A DNA stretch of 64,000 bases from Octopus sinensis (GCF_006345805.1 NC_043000.1:49166001-49230000), one strand, 5' to 3'. Positions 10,565 through 24,609 are shown, counted from the first letter of the stretch. The notes: generated by a model not told the origin, from the sequence alone. A program made the numbers and translations.

Positions 10565-12855
10565 AGCGTGTGTGTGCGTATGTGTGTTGAAACTCTTTTC
10601 ATTTAAAATGATATCGATATATTAGATGGAAATATATGCATCAAATGTTTACGTGGAGAATATATTTTCTTTTATCTTATCACATTGTCTGATCCATATA
10701 CGAAGAGAACAGAAAGCAAATAGTAGCAGAGTTAATATACGAATACAATAGCTTTAAACTTGATGGATGAGCTGGAAGTATCATCAAGCATTATATAAAG
10801 TGTTATATCAATGTATAATATAATAATATCCTGCCTCAAATGGAAAATACTAAATTAACATTACCATATTTTTCATGATTTAGAAAGCGGCGTAAAGTGA
10901 AGGATAATCTGCCCGTGATCTAAATACGTGACCTGTTTTTGATTCTACTTCAAACCATTTTCTTTCACCCACGTCCCAATAGACAATCTCATTCCACTTT
11001 CGTTTATGTATTTGATATTTTACCGTGTGTTATTTTTTAAAAATCCATTATTTCTGATAGCTGTCACAGCACTAAGCAACTGTGAGTGCACATTATGTAT
11101 TCGACTGCAGTCTGATGCAAGTTCTCTTCGTTCTTTTGCTGCTAATATAGTCAGAGTATGATAGAGGCTATGGTATTTTTTAAAATATACCTTGCCTTTT
11201 TTTGAATGATTTGTGTGAGGCAGCAACAATGTGGGAAAAGTTTCAACTCCAAATACTCCTCCTCTACCCTAACTTACGATTTCTAGTTGGTACTAACACA
11301 CTGCAAAATCCCCCCCCCGGCCCCGAAGAGAAAATCAAGTTTCAAGACTATATATGTTGATAATAGATTTTTAGAGTTTAAGCAAAACTGTTAACATAAA
11401 TTAGTCGAGTTCTTTGAAGGCAATCCATGTGCCATCTTCATTTTATTTAACCAAGTGACTATGTTTTAATTTATTTGCAATAAACACTAAAACGTAACGT
11501 TGAAGATATATACTGCACTACTTTTGCTATATAGCAAAATCAGTTATTTCATCTGCTCGTTATTTTTACCAATGGTGTGTTATGTCGTACCTCATCAGGA
11601 TTAATTTTTATTTCTCTAAATCGTTAATTACCTTACTACACTCTTTTTAACGCTTTAGATGAAGTATGCGTAATGCTTTCGAAGGCGAATTTTCTTGACA
11701 TATATACCAGTTAACAATATCTCAAAGGACAAGCTATGCAACACAATGAAACATTCCTGACTTATACGATCTCATTGCTGCTTCGCGTGCACTCATTAAT
11801 GAGTGTACACGAAGGCGTTAACTACAACCCTATCAGTTATATTTAAACCATCGGCGATTTTGATTGCAAGGACAACAACATGTTGACTAAGACAACCGAC
11901 ATACTCTTAAACAAGTACAGAAAAAAATGTAAAACAATATCGAATTTTTGGCCCTTGCATAAACCACTTCCTATTAAAACTGATGCAGTTTCCTTTTTGA
12001 ACGTCATATTGTATTCTTTAAAGCTGAAATTTCAATCTCAACATTGTGAAGGGAATAAATCTATCCTGTTTTATATGCTTTTGTAACTAATTCTATGATA
12101 TCGACAAATCTACGCAATTTTCTGCAGGGAATCTAAGCGTACATTTTGTTCTAAACTTTCATCAATATCTAAAATGAAAATAAATGTTTACTATCACACT
12201 GCGTATGTTAGGTTATTTGCTTTCGTCTATAGGTAAAATGCAATCAATATCTTTTGATCTCTGGTGTTCTATTTATATAAAATATTGCTTGACATAAATA
12301 TTTCCAGATAGATATTTTGAATCAAAATTTGATATTGTTGTATATAAGCCAATCAAAATGAATTTATTTAAAGAAATTTAGATAGATGAAGACTGCAGGA
12401 CATGAATTCAAATATGAATATATACTAAACATAACACGCCATTTAATTAAAATATTTATAGACTGACAGAAATAAACTTATATAAATACGCTTTACTTTT
12501 AAAGTTCATACAACTTTTAAAAATCAGTTCCTCTAAATGAACCTGACCGAAAAACGTTCGCTCAAAGCCGCTCTAGTCATGACTCTTCCATCTTATTTTC
12601 ACATCATAGTCGGCGATATGGCTTCCAGCAGGCCTTGTTCGATATACCGCATTAAAAAAAACCATAACAATAAGAAAACATCAATGTCTATCGCCCCGAA
12701 AAGTGCCGTGATGTGAATTGTCTCGCTTGCATATCACTTACTTTCAGGTGTTTCTAACACCAGACTCATTGAGAGTATATTCTCTAGCGATTGAAATGTA
12801 GCCGACTCACGAACTAGCACACATACCTAATGTATGTGTGTTCAGTTTTGTGTGT

Positions 12856-12907
<52 letters not shown>

Positions 12908-13014
12908 CTATATATGTAAGTATGCATTATATATGTATATATATACATCCGTATGTATGTATGTATACATGTAAGTATGCATTATATATGCATGTGTAGA
13001 TATATACATACGTA

Positions 13015-13409
13015 TACTCTTTACTCTTTACTCTTTTACTTGTTTCAGTCATTTGACTGTGGCCATGCTGGAGCACCACCTTTAGTCGAGGATATCGACC
13101 CCAGGACTTATTCGATCGGTCTCTTTTGCCGAACCGCTAGTTACGGGAACGTAAACCCACCAGCATCGGTTGTCAAGCGATGTTGGGAGGACAAACACAG
13201 ACACACAAACACATACACACACATACATATATATATACATATATACGACGGGCTTCTTTCAGTTTCCGTCAACCAAATCCACTCACAAGTCATTGGTCGG
13301 CCCGAGGCTATAGTAGAAGACACTTGCCCAAGGTGCCACGTAGTGAGACTGAACCCTAAACCATGTGGTCGGTAAGCAAACTACTTACCACACAGCCACT
13401 CCTACGCCC
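13015..13409 (-). mobile_element. Full-length SINE family A (tRNA head, CORE-like segment, internal TA/CA microsatellite, 3' module)
   Basis: Reverse complement of 21885-22290: head ggcgtaggagtggctgtgtggtaag, B-box-like ggttcagtctc, segment gtggcaccttgggcaagtgtctt and tail gactgaaacaagtaaaagag. It may correspond to a published octopus SINE (OK/OR1/OR2), not verified. Confidence 0.92.
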
Positions 13410-13410
13410 A

Positions 13411-13411
<1 letters not shown>

Positions 13412-13464
<53 letters not shown>

Positions 13465-13517
13465 TGTGTATATATATCCGCATGCATGTATATATATGTA
13501 TATGTATGTATATATAT

Positions 13518-13549
<32 letters not shown>

Positions 13550-13931
13550 ATGTATATGTATATATGTGTATATATATATATATATATATAGATATATATA
13601 TATGTATATATATATGTATATATGTATGTATAAATTGTATATATATATATATATATATGTATGTATAAATTGTTATATATATATATATATGTATGTATAT
13701 ATATATATGTATATATGTATGTATAAATTGTATATATATTATATATATATATATATATGTATGTATTATATATATGTATATATGTATGTATAATTGTATA
13801 TATATATATATAATATATATATGTATGTATATATTATATGTATATATGTATGTATAAATTGTATATATATATATATTATATATATATATATGTATGTATA
13901 TATATATATGTATATATGTATGTATAAATTG

Positions 13932-13964
<33 letters not shown>

Positions 13965-14035
13965 TATATATGTATTATATATATATATATATATATTGTA
14001 TATATGTATGTATAAATGTATATATATATATATAT
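13412..14035. repeat. Compound (TA)n/(TATG)n microsatellite, about 620 bp, with an embedded GTATAAATTG motif
   Basis: Direct reading; explains the YI-repeat ORFs at 13356-14048. Confidence 0.97.
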
Positions 14036-14706
14036 CGGATAATGGCATCCGTTAACAGCACCGTGAATAAAATGCTAGAAGTACGAAGATTAAGCAACAG
14101 AACAGAATAATCGATTGTTTGACAGAGATGCAATAACATTATAAACGAAAAAGGTTAGATGAAGAAAAATAGGATATAAAAGTTGTATACGACCTTTAGT
14201 TTGATACGAAATACTTTTGCATTAGTCTTCTTGACAGAGTATGTGGAGTATGTGGAGTATGTGCAACAGTGAAGAAGGGACAAGCCCATATCTGTATGTG
14301 CCCCTAGAAAAGATGATAATTTAACAGATATTAAATATTTCTTATGGAAGCCGTTGTGATTCACGTTTGCAAAACATTTCATGAAATGTCGTCGTCATTT
14401 CATAAAAAAGGAAAACACATTTGGAAATTATAAAACGTGTGGGGTTCCTGTTCAACCGATGTTTTGAGCTAAGTGATTCGTCTGTTTATCTTCTCACAAT
14501 ATAAGAATACAATGATAGCGTTGGCGTGATATCTTTGTATACTTTCAAGAGATATATGATTTTTCTTTCTTCGAATTCTTACTGTTGTAATTTTTAACCT
14601 CAATTAAACTAACCATTATATTGATATTATATAAGATTATAATATAATCCACTTAGCATCGACAAGTCATAACTTAACTTAATCATAGTAAAAATGGTAA
14701 CTGTTA

Positions 14707-14708
<2 letters not shown>

Positions 14709-14797
<89 letters not shown>

Positions 14798-14815
14798 TAA
14801 TAATAACGATGATGA
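14709..14815. repeat. (AAT)n microsatellite
   Basis: Direct reading; source of the poly-Leu/Ile ORF on the minus strand. Confidence 0.96.
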
Positions 14816-16159
14816 TAATCGTTCTTTGGATGAAAGATAACACTAGACAATCTAGAAGTGCAGTAAAATATAAATGCAGTGATATAAATGCAATAAAATC
14901 TTGTGTATTATAAGCTTTGGTTATTTTCATATCACTTGAACTCCAGCTGTCCTGTAGCAATGATAAATTCAAATGACAGTGAAAGCTGTTGAGATAATCA
15001 ACCATTCTTTGATAGATACTTGATTTCTATTAATTAGATTAAAACTTCAGAATGTTATGAAAAAATACGTTGTTGATTCAAGCTATACCGTCAGTAATAG
15101 TATGATGCACAGAACTTTCTAATATTTTGCATTTTGGCTGTTATTTTCTTTTTAAACTGTAAATATATTACTGTTATCCTTCATTTATTTGTACTAGTGT
15201 TTGTTTTTTTATTTTTATATTAAAAAGATTTAAATATTGATAAGAATGTTATCAAAAGCATATAGATTTGTTTCTTAACATGGCTGTAAGAACAAACGTT
15301 TTATTTACATTAATTTGGTTGCAAAAGTTTGTGTACGTGAGTTTGTTCGAAGTCATGTGCTAAACGTTAACTCATATAAATCAGTGATGCTAATAGTTAT
15401 TGATCACCAACATCAGTATAGTTCCCTGAACTGAATTACTCTGATATTATGTATATGTACGTTAGAAATGAGTGTTGAAAAAAGAAATTCTAAAAGAATA
15501 GGGGCGGTCACTTAAAATATTATCCAAACACATATCTCAGCAGTGTTACCAGTTGCTTCCTCAAATATAAACATATAAACGGCTAAGTATTCTACACTCA
15601 CGTGTATCCTGAACATAATGATCAAGCTGTATGAATGTGATTACAACAGGTACAATCTAGACAAACACACACACAACTCCAGAGTGGACTGGTTCTTTAT
15701 ATATCGACCCGGGAGTATCAACGGTAATGTTGACCTCGACGGGATTTGACTTCAGAATGCAGAGTCGGAATGAACACTATAAGGTTCGATGCTCTAATGA
15801 TTCTGACAATTCTCAGCCTTTACTAAAATTGGTAGCCTTTACTAGATTTGGAAGACTAGGAAAGGATTGGTAGTGTGCAATTAATCATTTGCATTCTACC
15901 ATGTAGCTTACGTCCAGATTCATAGTATATTGTTTAGTCTTCTAGAGCAGATACTGAACTGCTTGCAGCAAAAGAACGGAACATTTATAAGCGGGAATTC
16001 TGAAATATACTCATTCTCCTCAGTTGTATACAATGGCTCTTGAAGTCTTAAGTAAAAGTAGTCAAGTAAAAAAAATTGTATTAAAAATTGCGCACCGTTT
16101 CTGAAAGAGTTCAATGGAAAATTTCAAAATGTTACCAAGAAAGGAGAGATGCATATTGT

Positions 16160-16380
16160 TTCAAAAAACAAAGATTGGCAGAAGGCCAGTAATTTCTGGG
16201 AAGCGGTTAATTCGATTTCATCGACCTCAGTACTATACTGGTATATATTTTATCGATCGCAAAAGGAGGAAAGACAAAGTCGACCCAGCAGACGTTATTT
16301 GAACTCGAAGCATTAAGTCGGAAGAAATGCCTCAAAGCATTTTTTCAGTGCAGTAACAATTTTGCCATCGCACTACCATT
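16160..16380 (-). mobile_element. Diverged SINE family B (tail type Y)
   Basis: ttggcagaaggccag...cgatttcatcgacctcagtact...ggtatatattttatcgatcgcaaaagga..gaaagacaaagtcgacc...atttgaactc is the reverse complement of family B. Confidence 0.75.
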
Positions 16381-17939
16381 GAAGCGATTCATATTAGCAC
16401 AAAAATGGTGCACGTTGCATATCCAAAGGTCCTAGCTTCAGCAACAATGCTAATAGTAAATACATGTTGAGCAAAATGAAAACAAAACGCTCGGAATAGG
16501 AAACGGAAACAATTTGCAGAGTAAGATTTTACTCTCCGTAAAATATAGAACATTACTTGTGTATTATATACGGCTTTGCACTCATATTTTTATTATTATA
16601 TTTTCATATTACAGTTTTATACTGAAATATGTAATAGCTACATCAAATGCCAGAACAGCAAAAGCATTTTCTTACATTCCTACGAAAGAATTGCCAAAAA
16701 GAATTTCGAAACAATTTTGTCTTCATATTTATCGATTGATCTGAGTCTCACATCGCTTCCGTTCTGATATCTAATTTTAATGCAAATATTATTAATTACA
16801 TGCAGATTTCACTATTTACAATTTGCAATCATATTTAATGGCCGCATTTTTAGATGAGCAATTAGTTAGCCTGTTTTTACTGTTGAATTAACAAGTGGTA
16901 TTTATGCATTGATATTTGCATAAACTTCTACTTTTCATCCAATAAAAGATCTTAAGACGTTTTTTGAAAATTTTTGAACTAGTTGCCTTTATGTGTTAAG
17001 CTTATCTCGGAAAATATTGTCTCTAAGAACAATTATTGTGCGAGTATGCAGCTCGTAAATAATGTTAAACTAGCCATGATCGTTTCATTTTCATGATGAT
17101 TACTGTAAAATATTTCTTCAGTTAATATACTTGAGTGGAAACTGTCAAAATTTCACCTTTTATATATGTTCTTATTTCTATTCTGATGCTTAAATTTATA
17201 GGTTTATGTAGCACTGTTCAAACATGGTAAAAATGTTGATTATGACTGCAAGATCGTTACATAGTTAAGAGTGTATAATGCTTTATGCTCGAACTTGTTA
17301 CCTTATGTTAAATTTCGATTATGGCTTCAATTTCGTTTCATCGTTAAGGGTATTAAAATACTTGAATATATGACGTGACACGTAGAATAATTTTAGAGAC
17401 AATTTAAAAGTAACATAATTTGTTGGATAATATCACGCTATTTGGTAAAATTATTACACGACGGTATTAATGCTGTGTGATTTGTTCCAGACACATGGAG
17501 ATGATTTGTCGATTATTTAAACGGCATTTCTTTTAGGTCTTCACAAAGTAAAAATATATAAATGTATGCCAACTGTTATTCGAAATATGAAATGCATTTG
17601 GTTTTCTTTATTTTACGTTGCTGCAGTTTACTCAGCCTAAAGTCGGTACCATCCGACAATTTCCCCCTGCCTCCAGTTGTCACTGGTCAAGGAGTGGAGG
17701 GATGAGAGGGTATCTTTGTGACCACAAAGACTCAATTAGCGAAAATTTGGTACAATCTATTATATCATATTTTTTCGCAAGTCACTATAAGGCATATGCT
17801 TATACTTTATAACTCAACGCACCCAGATTGGTAGGTAAACTAGTGACATTTCTCTCCTCAGTTTTACTATTCCTGTAGGACAATGGTGCGCACATAAGAT
17901 CAAAAGACTTAACTTTGAGGTAATAAATCGTCTGTGGAT

Positions 17940-18157
17940 AAGGCGGTGAACTGGCAGACTCGATAGCATGCCGGATAAAATGCTTAGCGGCATTTCGTCC
18001 GTCTTTACGTTCTGAGTTCAAATTCCGCCGAGGTTGATTTGGCCTTTCATCATTTCGGGGTTGATAAAATGAGGACCAGTTGATCACTAGGGTCGATGTA
18101 TCGAATTTAACCCCTTACCCGAACTTGCTGGCCTTGTGCCAAAATTTGAAACCAATA
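17940..18157 (+). mobile_element. SINE family B (tail type Y)
   Basis: aaggcggtgaactggcag...gagttcaaattccgccgagg...gggtcgatgt...ggccttgtgccaaaatttgaaacca. Confidence 0.9.
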
Positions 18158-21094
18158 TATTGTCTATGGACTTTAGGATATTGAAAAGCGTATCTTCGGA
18201 TGAGAGAAACAAGAAACAGCAATATAGACTACTTAATTTTAACAAGATCTGGACCTTCCTATAAGCTTCGTATCAAAGATTATTACAAATAATAGGAAGT
18301 AAAATTCAATCTCACAAATTTAATACCGTGCACTAAAGTTTAACTGGATTTGCGTTTTCCCCCTCTGATTTATATAAACAATAAATACTAATATATATAT
18401 CCACCAACGTAATATGGAAACTAAGGTTAACTAAATGGAACGTTACAAAGAAGCAGAAAATAGAGTGAAACAGGAATAATATTAAATGTGAAACAATTCC
18501 CTCCGAATCCAATTGCATATTTTCAAGGTTTTCAGTTTTAAAACTGTTTTTGACAAGCAGAAATATCACCTAATCTTTCTGGTGTTTCATTATGTATTAA
18601 CAAGAATATGCATAATATTTTGTTCATATCAAGTTATGGAAATTTATACTGTAAACTGTCTTTGAATATTTCTGTATATAATAGGAAATATATACTTGCT
18701 CGAAGCGAGGGGAATGTTTAGCGATCAGCAATGCTGTTCAGTTACAGGTATAAATTAACTTAATGATTCATATTTTTATTATTAGTTAAGAAATACAATG
18801 TTATAACTTAATCCATAAAACAAGTATGACACCACTGTATGTATTTATCAAAACATTCAATATATGATATAAAAAATGTTAAATCACTACATAGCAATAT
18901 GTTGAAAAATATTAAATAAACTAGTCTCTCAAGACAATGACTTTATTTAGCAGATAATCACATGCTGTCTTGTTTCAAATGTCTAAAAGGAGAACATATG
19001 CATTACAAACAATTAGATGCAAGGATGATAGTGGAGGTGAATGATAGCGAAGATTAAATAGAATTAGCTACTTAATTTCTAATCATACAAATTATATCCA
19101 AGTATTTCGAGTAGAGACATAGCATAAACAATGGCAACCGTCATACAACTAATGCAACAAATCCAAAACGAGAGTAACCATAGACCAATCAGCAGTCAAG
19201 ACTATTGATCGTATTATGGCGCTATTTGTAACTCTAAATGAAGCAAATATGTTGTTTTGTTAAATATACAATTTTCTTTCTGAATGTACTAAACGAAAAG
19301 ACAGGCAAAGCAAGAAAATAAACAGATAAAAAGAAATATAAAATACAATTTAGTCGATGGAAACTCTGGTAAGTTTTATAGCTAGTTAGTTTGCTCAATT
19401 ACGCGTCTATAGACTTTATTTGACTAGATGGAATTATTGCTTCATCCGTCATCAGTTGATACATTGCTCCGAGCAAATTTAGTGACAAATACTAGCTTAC
19501 ACCAATCACGTTGGCTACAAAATTACAAGGTATGAATCAGATACGTCCACCTGTCAGAAAAGGCGTCAAAATAACAGGATTTTTCTAGTAAGTGAATGTC
19601 GCCCTGAAACTGAAGCAATCACTTCGCTGACTACAATTGTTTTGTCCTCAATAAATATTCCCAAACGTAACAGATGATTATATGTTCACTTGTCGCAATT
19701 GCTAGCGATCACTTGAATATATGGTTTTTAAATACTTATCGGAAACTACCGAATAAATCAATGTATTTTATCTTCAGGCATGCATAAACTTAATTTTTAT
19801 TGATTTTTTAAAATACATTTCTACTGTTTTTTTTATTAATAATTTTATATTTTCCATCACTACGTAGGAAAACAGAAAATGTCGGTGATTTTTATTTACT
19901 TATAAATTTCTAATAATATATTACTCGTAATCAGCTTCTAGTTCGTGGTAAGAATTTAATTAAAACTCAGAAAGTGAATCGAATATATATCGATGCTGCA
20001 GCTTTTAAATATTCGCCTTCATGTATAACATTAACAACCCATTACATTACGAGTAATAACACTTCTTTACCGCATGTCTCGTATACACATACATCTATAA
20101 ATAAGGAAATACATATATTTACATATATGCTTACAGAATCACCGACACACACACAGCACTATGGCGTGAGTGTATTTGTTACAGAATAGTGAATGACACA
20201 GCAATCTTGTATCATTAGAAATAGTTTACTTATTTAATAACATACAATTTTAACCTTACAATGAAAATTAAATTATTTAAACTATAAGTCTCAATCTGTT
20301 GTGAGCAGAAATAGTGGGGTCGATGCGACTAGTTTCACGTCTTACTTATTATTTTTATATTCGAGAAAGCATGCCAATCTTCGGTCCATTGGGACATGTG
20401 AAATCTGTAGCTATTCGAAGCGCACAGAAACTATGATTTAGCTAAGCTGCCAAGTCTGATATGCATAGCTGAGCATGTCCATTAACTTAACATAAAGAGA
20501 ATAACATATCAATTGATCTCGCTTACTGTAAAGGCTTTCAGAAATTAACTCTGTACTTAAAACCTATCCCATGTTTCTTATGGGGTGCTTTCATTACACA
20601 AGTTCATTACGCAGCATGCTTTTCATAATCCTGATAATTCATCCATATAAGATATCCAGCCCTTCTATAGTATTGCCTCTATGATCAACGCTTTCGATAC
20701 ATTAAAATCACAGTTTCTGGAAATCGCATGAATCCGTAGCTCTATAGAATATATCTTAAAAATCTCTCATGAAGGATAAGGAGAGTGTTCACTTGGTCGT
20801 TGTAAAGGGCCCCTGTCCCACCAGGTGAAAGACAGGATGTCAATGCGCAAACACAATAAACAACTACTTAATTCAATTTCGTGTTGCAATGCTGCATCCT
20901 GACGTGACACTCAAGATTCCTGAACAAATCAGATATTTTCTGAAGTCACAGATATCTCTAGAGATTCAAAGATCAAGAAAAGCCGAGTATGCAACCTTTG
21001 TAGTCAAACTTGACAACTACTTAGTGTTCTTTTCCTTCAACAAACGCGGGTATGTGTATGTGTGAGTGTTTGTATGTATTTTTTATTTTATTTT

Positions 21095-22626
21095 ATTAGT
21101 ATTCCTACTGGAATGAGTAAGTTAGTTTCAAACAAAGAAACAACAGCTCCACCACTGGTGTTTGGATAATGACAACGATATTTATTTACATATCAATCTT
21201 TAAGAAAGTCTTGCTTATTTTTATTTTTCAACTTGGTGGTTGTCTCTGTAAGGCTTGTGGTAACTGCTCTATTTATTTGCTTCAAAGTCCTAGCTTATCC
21301 AGATTGTGGCTCAGGTATCTACTAATGTAATTGAGTGCACCAATGATTACTGGCATAAATGCAAATTTATAGTGCAGGTATAGGCGTTGCAGATCTCGAA
21401 GCAGTTTCCCACATTCTGTTTTTAGTTGATTTTTAGAAGAGATGTTCATTTTTAGAAGAGATGGTATGTTATGTTTGCACTTAGGCCTTGTACTGATATA
21501 TATGTGTAATCCTTGGTAGAGTTGTTAATATTTTTTCCAGGGCAGTCTTTTCTGCAGATAGCATTGTATATTGTTTTAGCAACAAAATCATATCTCATTA
21601 GGAGGTAGTACTCCATGCCATTTATGGACAACTGTCAGTTGCATGTTTAACGTCCTCCTTGAAAGAGTGACATAATCGCTACATGAGGTTAACTCTTGTC
21701 CCTTTAAGTGCTTTACTGTCATGCCCGTTTGTTCATGAAATATTTTATAGTTATCTCCTGCTGTTGGATTTCAAAACTATAGCCTTCAAGATGTGATGTG
21801 ATGCAGTGGCCATGATTTCAAGAGATGTTACATTTCATGTTAATTTCTTTTCTTTTTGTAATTTATGGGAAATCTACCCATACATAGGTGTAGGAGTGGC
21901 TGTGTCGTAAGTAGCTTGCTTACGAGCCACATGGTTTCGGGTTCAGTCCCACTGCGTGGCACCTTGGGCAAGTGTCTTCTACTATAGCTTTGAGCTGACC
22001 GAAGCCTTGTGAGTGGATTTGGTCGACGGAAACTGAAAGCCCGTTGTGTATATGTATATTTTTTTTTGTATGTGTGTGTATATGTTTGTGTGCCTGTGTT
22101 TGTCCCCCCACCATCGCTTGACAACCGATGCTGGTGTGTTTAGGTCCCCGTAACTTAGCGGTTCGGCAAAAGAGACCGATAGAATAAGTACTAGGCATAC
22201 AAAGAGTAAGTCCTGAGGTCGATTTGCTCGACTAAAGGCGGTGCTCCAGCATGGCCACAGTCAAATGACTGAAACAAGTAAAAGAGAGTATATATAACAT
22301 TTATGAAATATGCAGAGTGTTTCTTTTCCAGGTCTTTCTTGATATATGCAAGCCCTGCTCTTCTGTCTGCATATGAAATGTCTTCGAGAAGTTAGTGTCT
22401 GTAAAGCAGTTCCCTACCGACCCGCATTCGTTTTGGAGCAGTTTGGTTGATGTATTTATTTTTGCTGCGATTGCTCAGCAAGTGCTGTCTGAGTGACTTG
22501 CGACACTAGAAAGTTGTTTGCACTGGGATGAAGCTAGTCTCTCCCTATTTTCTTCTGAGAGAGAATTGGTCGGTATTGCTGTTTCAGTGGAATTGAGCAG
22601 AAAGTTGTATTATTCATGCATGTATG
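21095..22626 (-). mobile_element. REL-endonuclease non-LTR retrotransposon (R4/Dong-like group), degenerate 3' portion, interrupted by a SINE A at 21885-22290
   Basis: Minus-strand blocks: ..VQTTF*CRKSLRQHLLSNRSKNKYIN..RVGRELL (post-RT); HITSHLEGYSFEIQQQEITIKYFMNKR; RLCHSFKEDVKHATDSC (CCHC knuckle); MRYDFVAKTIY (RHD-like); KCKHNIP; LLRDLQRLYLHYKFAFMPVIIGAL (REL domain). Confidence 0.8.
21885..22290 (+). mobile_element. Full-length SINE family A
   Basis: taggtgtaggagtggctgtgtcgtaag...gggttcagtcccactgcgtggcaccttgggcaagtgtc...gagaccgatagaataagtac...ggtcgatttgctcgactaaaggcggtgctccagcatggcc...gaaacaagtaaaagag; colinear with 13015-13409 and 39029-39441. Confidence 0.93.
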
Positions 22627-24571
22627 TTGTATTATTCATGCATGTATGCAAGTCAGATAGATGGGGGGGAAAAAAGAAAATCTTGAGAGACTAGTAAATA
22701 TTTTATCGACAAAAATTGCATTTATTGGTAAAGTGGAAGTATGCCGTTGGAAGACATTTCCTTGTGATTGAAGCAGTCCTTCACAGGGAAGCAGGATAAG
22801 GAATTTTTTTCGTTTTTTGTCCCTGAGAGATGTTACAAGGAAAAGTGACACAGAATGGCAGATAAATTAAAGTAAATTATTTGGAGAGAAGATATCGTAG
22901 AGAGTGAGTATGTGTGTGTGTGTGTGTGTGCATGCGTGCGTGTGTGTTCGCGCGTGCGTGCGTGTGTGTGTGATGGGGGAGGTAGGGGAGGGAGAGAATG
23001 TGAGAGAGAGAGAGAAATAGAACGTGTGAGAGAAATTTAAGACCTGCCATTGTTCGGTATCCATATTTTCATAAACTAAAGACTAAGAAAATACTTTTTG
23101 ATTTCTGGAGGTCTTTATATGAAAGGTTCCGACCTTCTGAGCTTTTCTCGAAACACATACAGAATTTAGAAACTTGACATTTCACTTATACATACAACTT
23201 TTGCCGACTAAGATTATCATTAGCGTTCGGGGATCCGAACGTTTTACTTGTTATTTATCAAAGTTCAGTGTGCCATTATTTCTTTGCTCCTCAAATTTAA
23301 GTCTAAACTAAATTTGTTACATTTTCCTTCTATACAATATGCAACTCACACTCCGATACTTTACAGAGCTTGTCTAAAAAAAAATCCTCGCTTTTACAGG
23401 TGCACTTACGTTCCCAGACGCTGTTTCTACAATACTATCTTCTAATATAGGTTTCAGTAAAAGATAATCGTTTGCGCTACCGTACCACTTCATAGACTAT
23501 CGTCCCAACTTCACTCGAATCCATTTCCAAATGTCTTAGGCACGGCATCATACGCTTCATATATATCAATTACAACTAACGCGAACTGCGTCACTTCCGT
23601 TCTCTTCTCTTCATTATCTGCTCCTCTGCTTTTAGTCCATAACTCCTTATACGTCACCAGAGTGGGGATTTCTATGACAGATTGAACACTCTAAATCATT
23701 GCCAAACAACCAGGACAAAGTAATGAAACGGCTCTTCATATAAGCATTTGCATGCTTCTTTAATATTTTCATATGGATTCGATTTTAGATTCTACTAAGG
23801 TCCTTCCAAAGCGACATTGGTTCCAAGAATGTCAATTTTAATATATGTCTGAACCACCCTTATCAATTACTTAGCCGCATTTTTTTATGGAAAAAATGCG
23901 ATTCCAAAATCAGCTTTATTACCTCAAGAAAGTTCAGTTTGCTTTACATCTGTTTAACTTTTACAATGATATTGAAAGGAATTTATAACATTTTTTTAAA
24001 TTCTTGTTACAGACAGCAGAAACTATAAATCGCATCTCTCTCTGGAAGGGGGTGGTTCGAGTGTATTCGATCGAATAACATCAAACGCTTACTATGTCAG
24101 TAAGACGAATATGTATTATCAAATGTAACCGTAGAAATGCCGCATTCAGGGAGTATTTTTCTGTACAAATGTATTGTGCGCACATACAAACACACACACA
24201 AACATATATAGGGAGAATTCAAAAAAAAAAGACGATGACAGGTGTAGACAACAAACAGATGTATTAGAATAATGCTCGGGAAGTGAGCATTATATATATA
24301 CATATATATATATAATTAAATAATAAGGGCAGAAATTGATATAAATCAATTAAAACCAGTGGCTTAGCATATATAACAAAATCCGAAGATTAAAAATTGA
24401 GTTACAAATTTTGTAAACATATATATATATATATATATATGAATGGGAGCAGTGTGTGTATATGTTTATATGCATACGTATATGCATGCATATACTTATA
24501 TATACCTTATGCTTAAAAGCGCGCATTCAACATACATATAAACTTACACGTATACCACATGAATGTACACT

Positions 24572-24609
<38 letters not shown>

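Noticed and set aside
13356-14048. Long YI/IY-rich ORFs here and at 37886-38113 and 42227-42854, plus poly-L/S/H ORFs at 14679-15005 and 54013-54270
   Set aside because: Translations of microsatellites.
15908-16050. Minus-strand exon-like segment with a good acceptor and a GTAAGC donor
   Set aside because: All three frames contain a stop before the donor. At most a non-coding exon, unsupported without RNA data.
20835-21049. Open frame (..MLHPDVTLKIPEQIRYFLKSQISLEIQRSRKAEYATFVVKLDNYLVFFSFNKR) ending at a donor-like GG|GTATGT
   Set aside because: No usable acceptor in frame, no recognisable protein family, and the donor coincides with the start of a GT/GTAT simple repeat.
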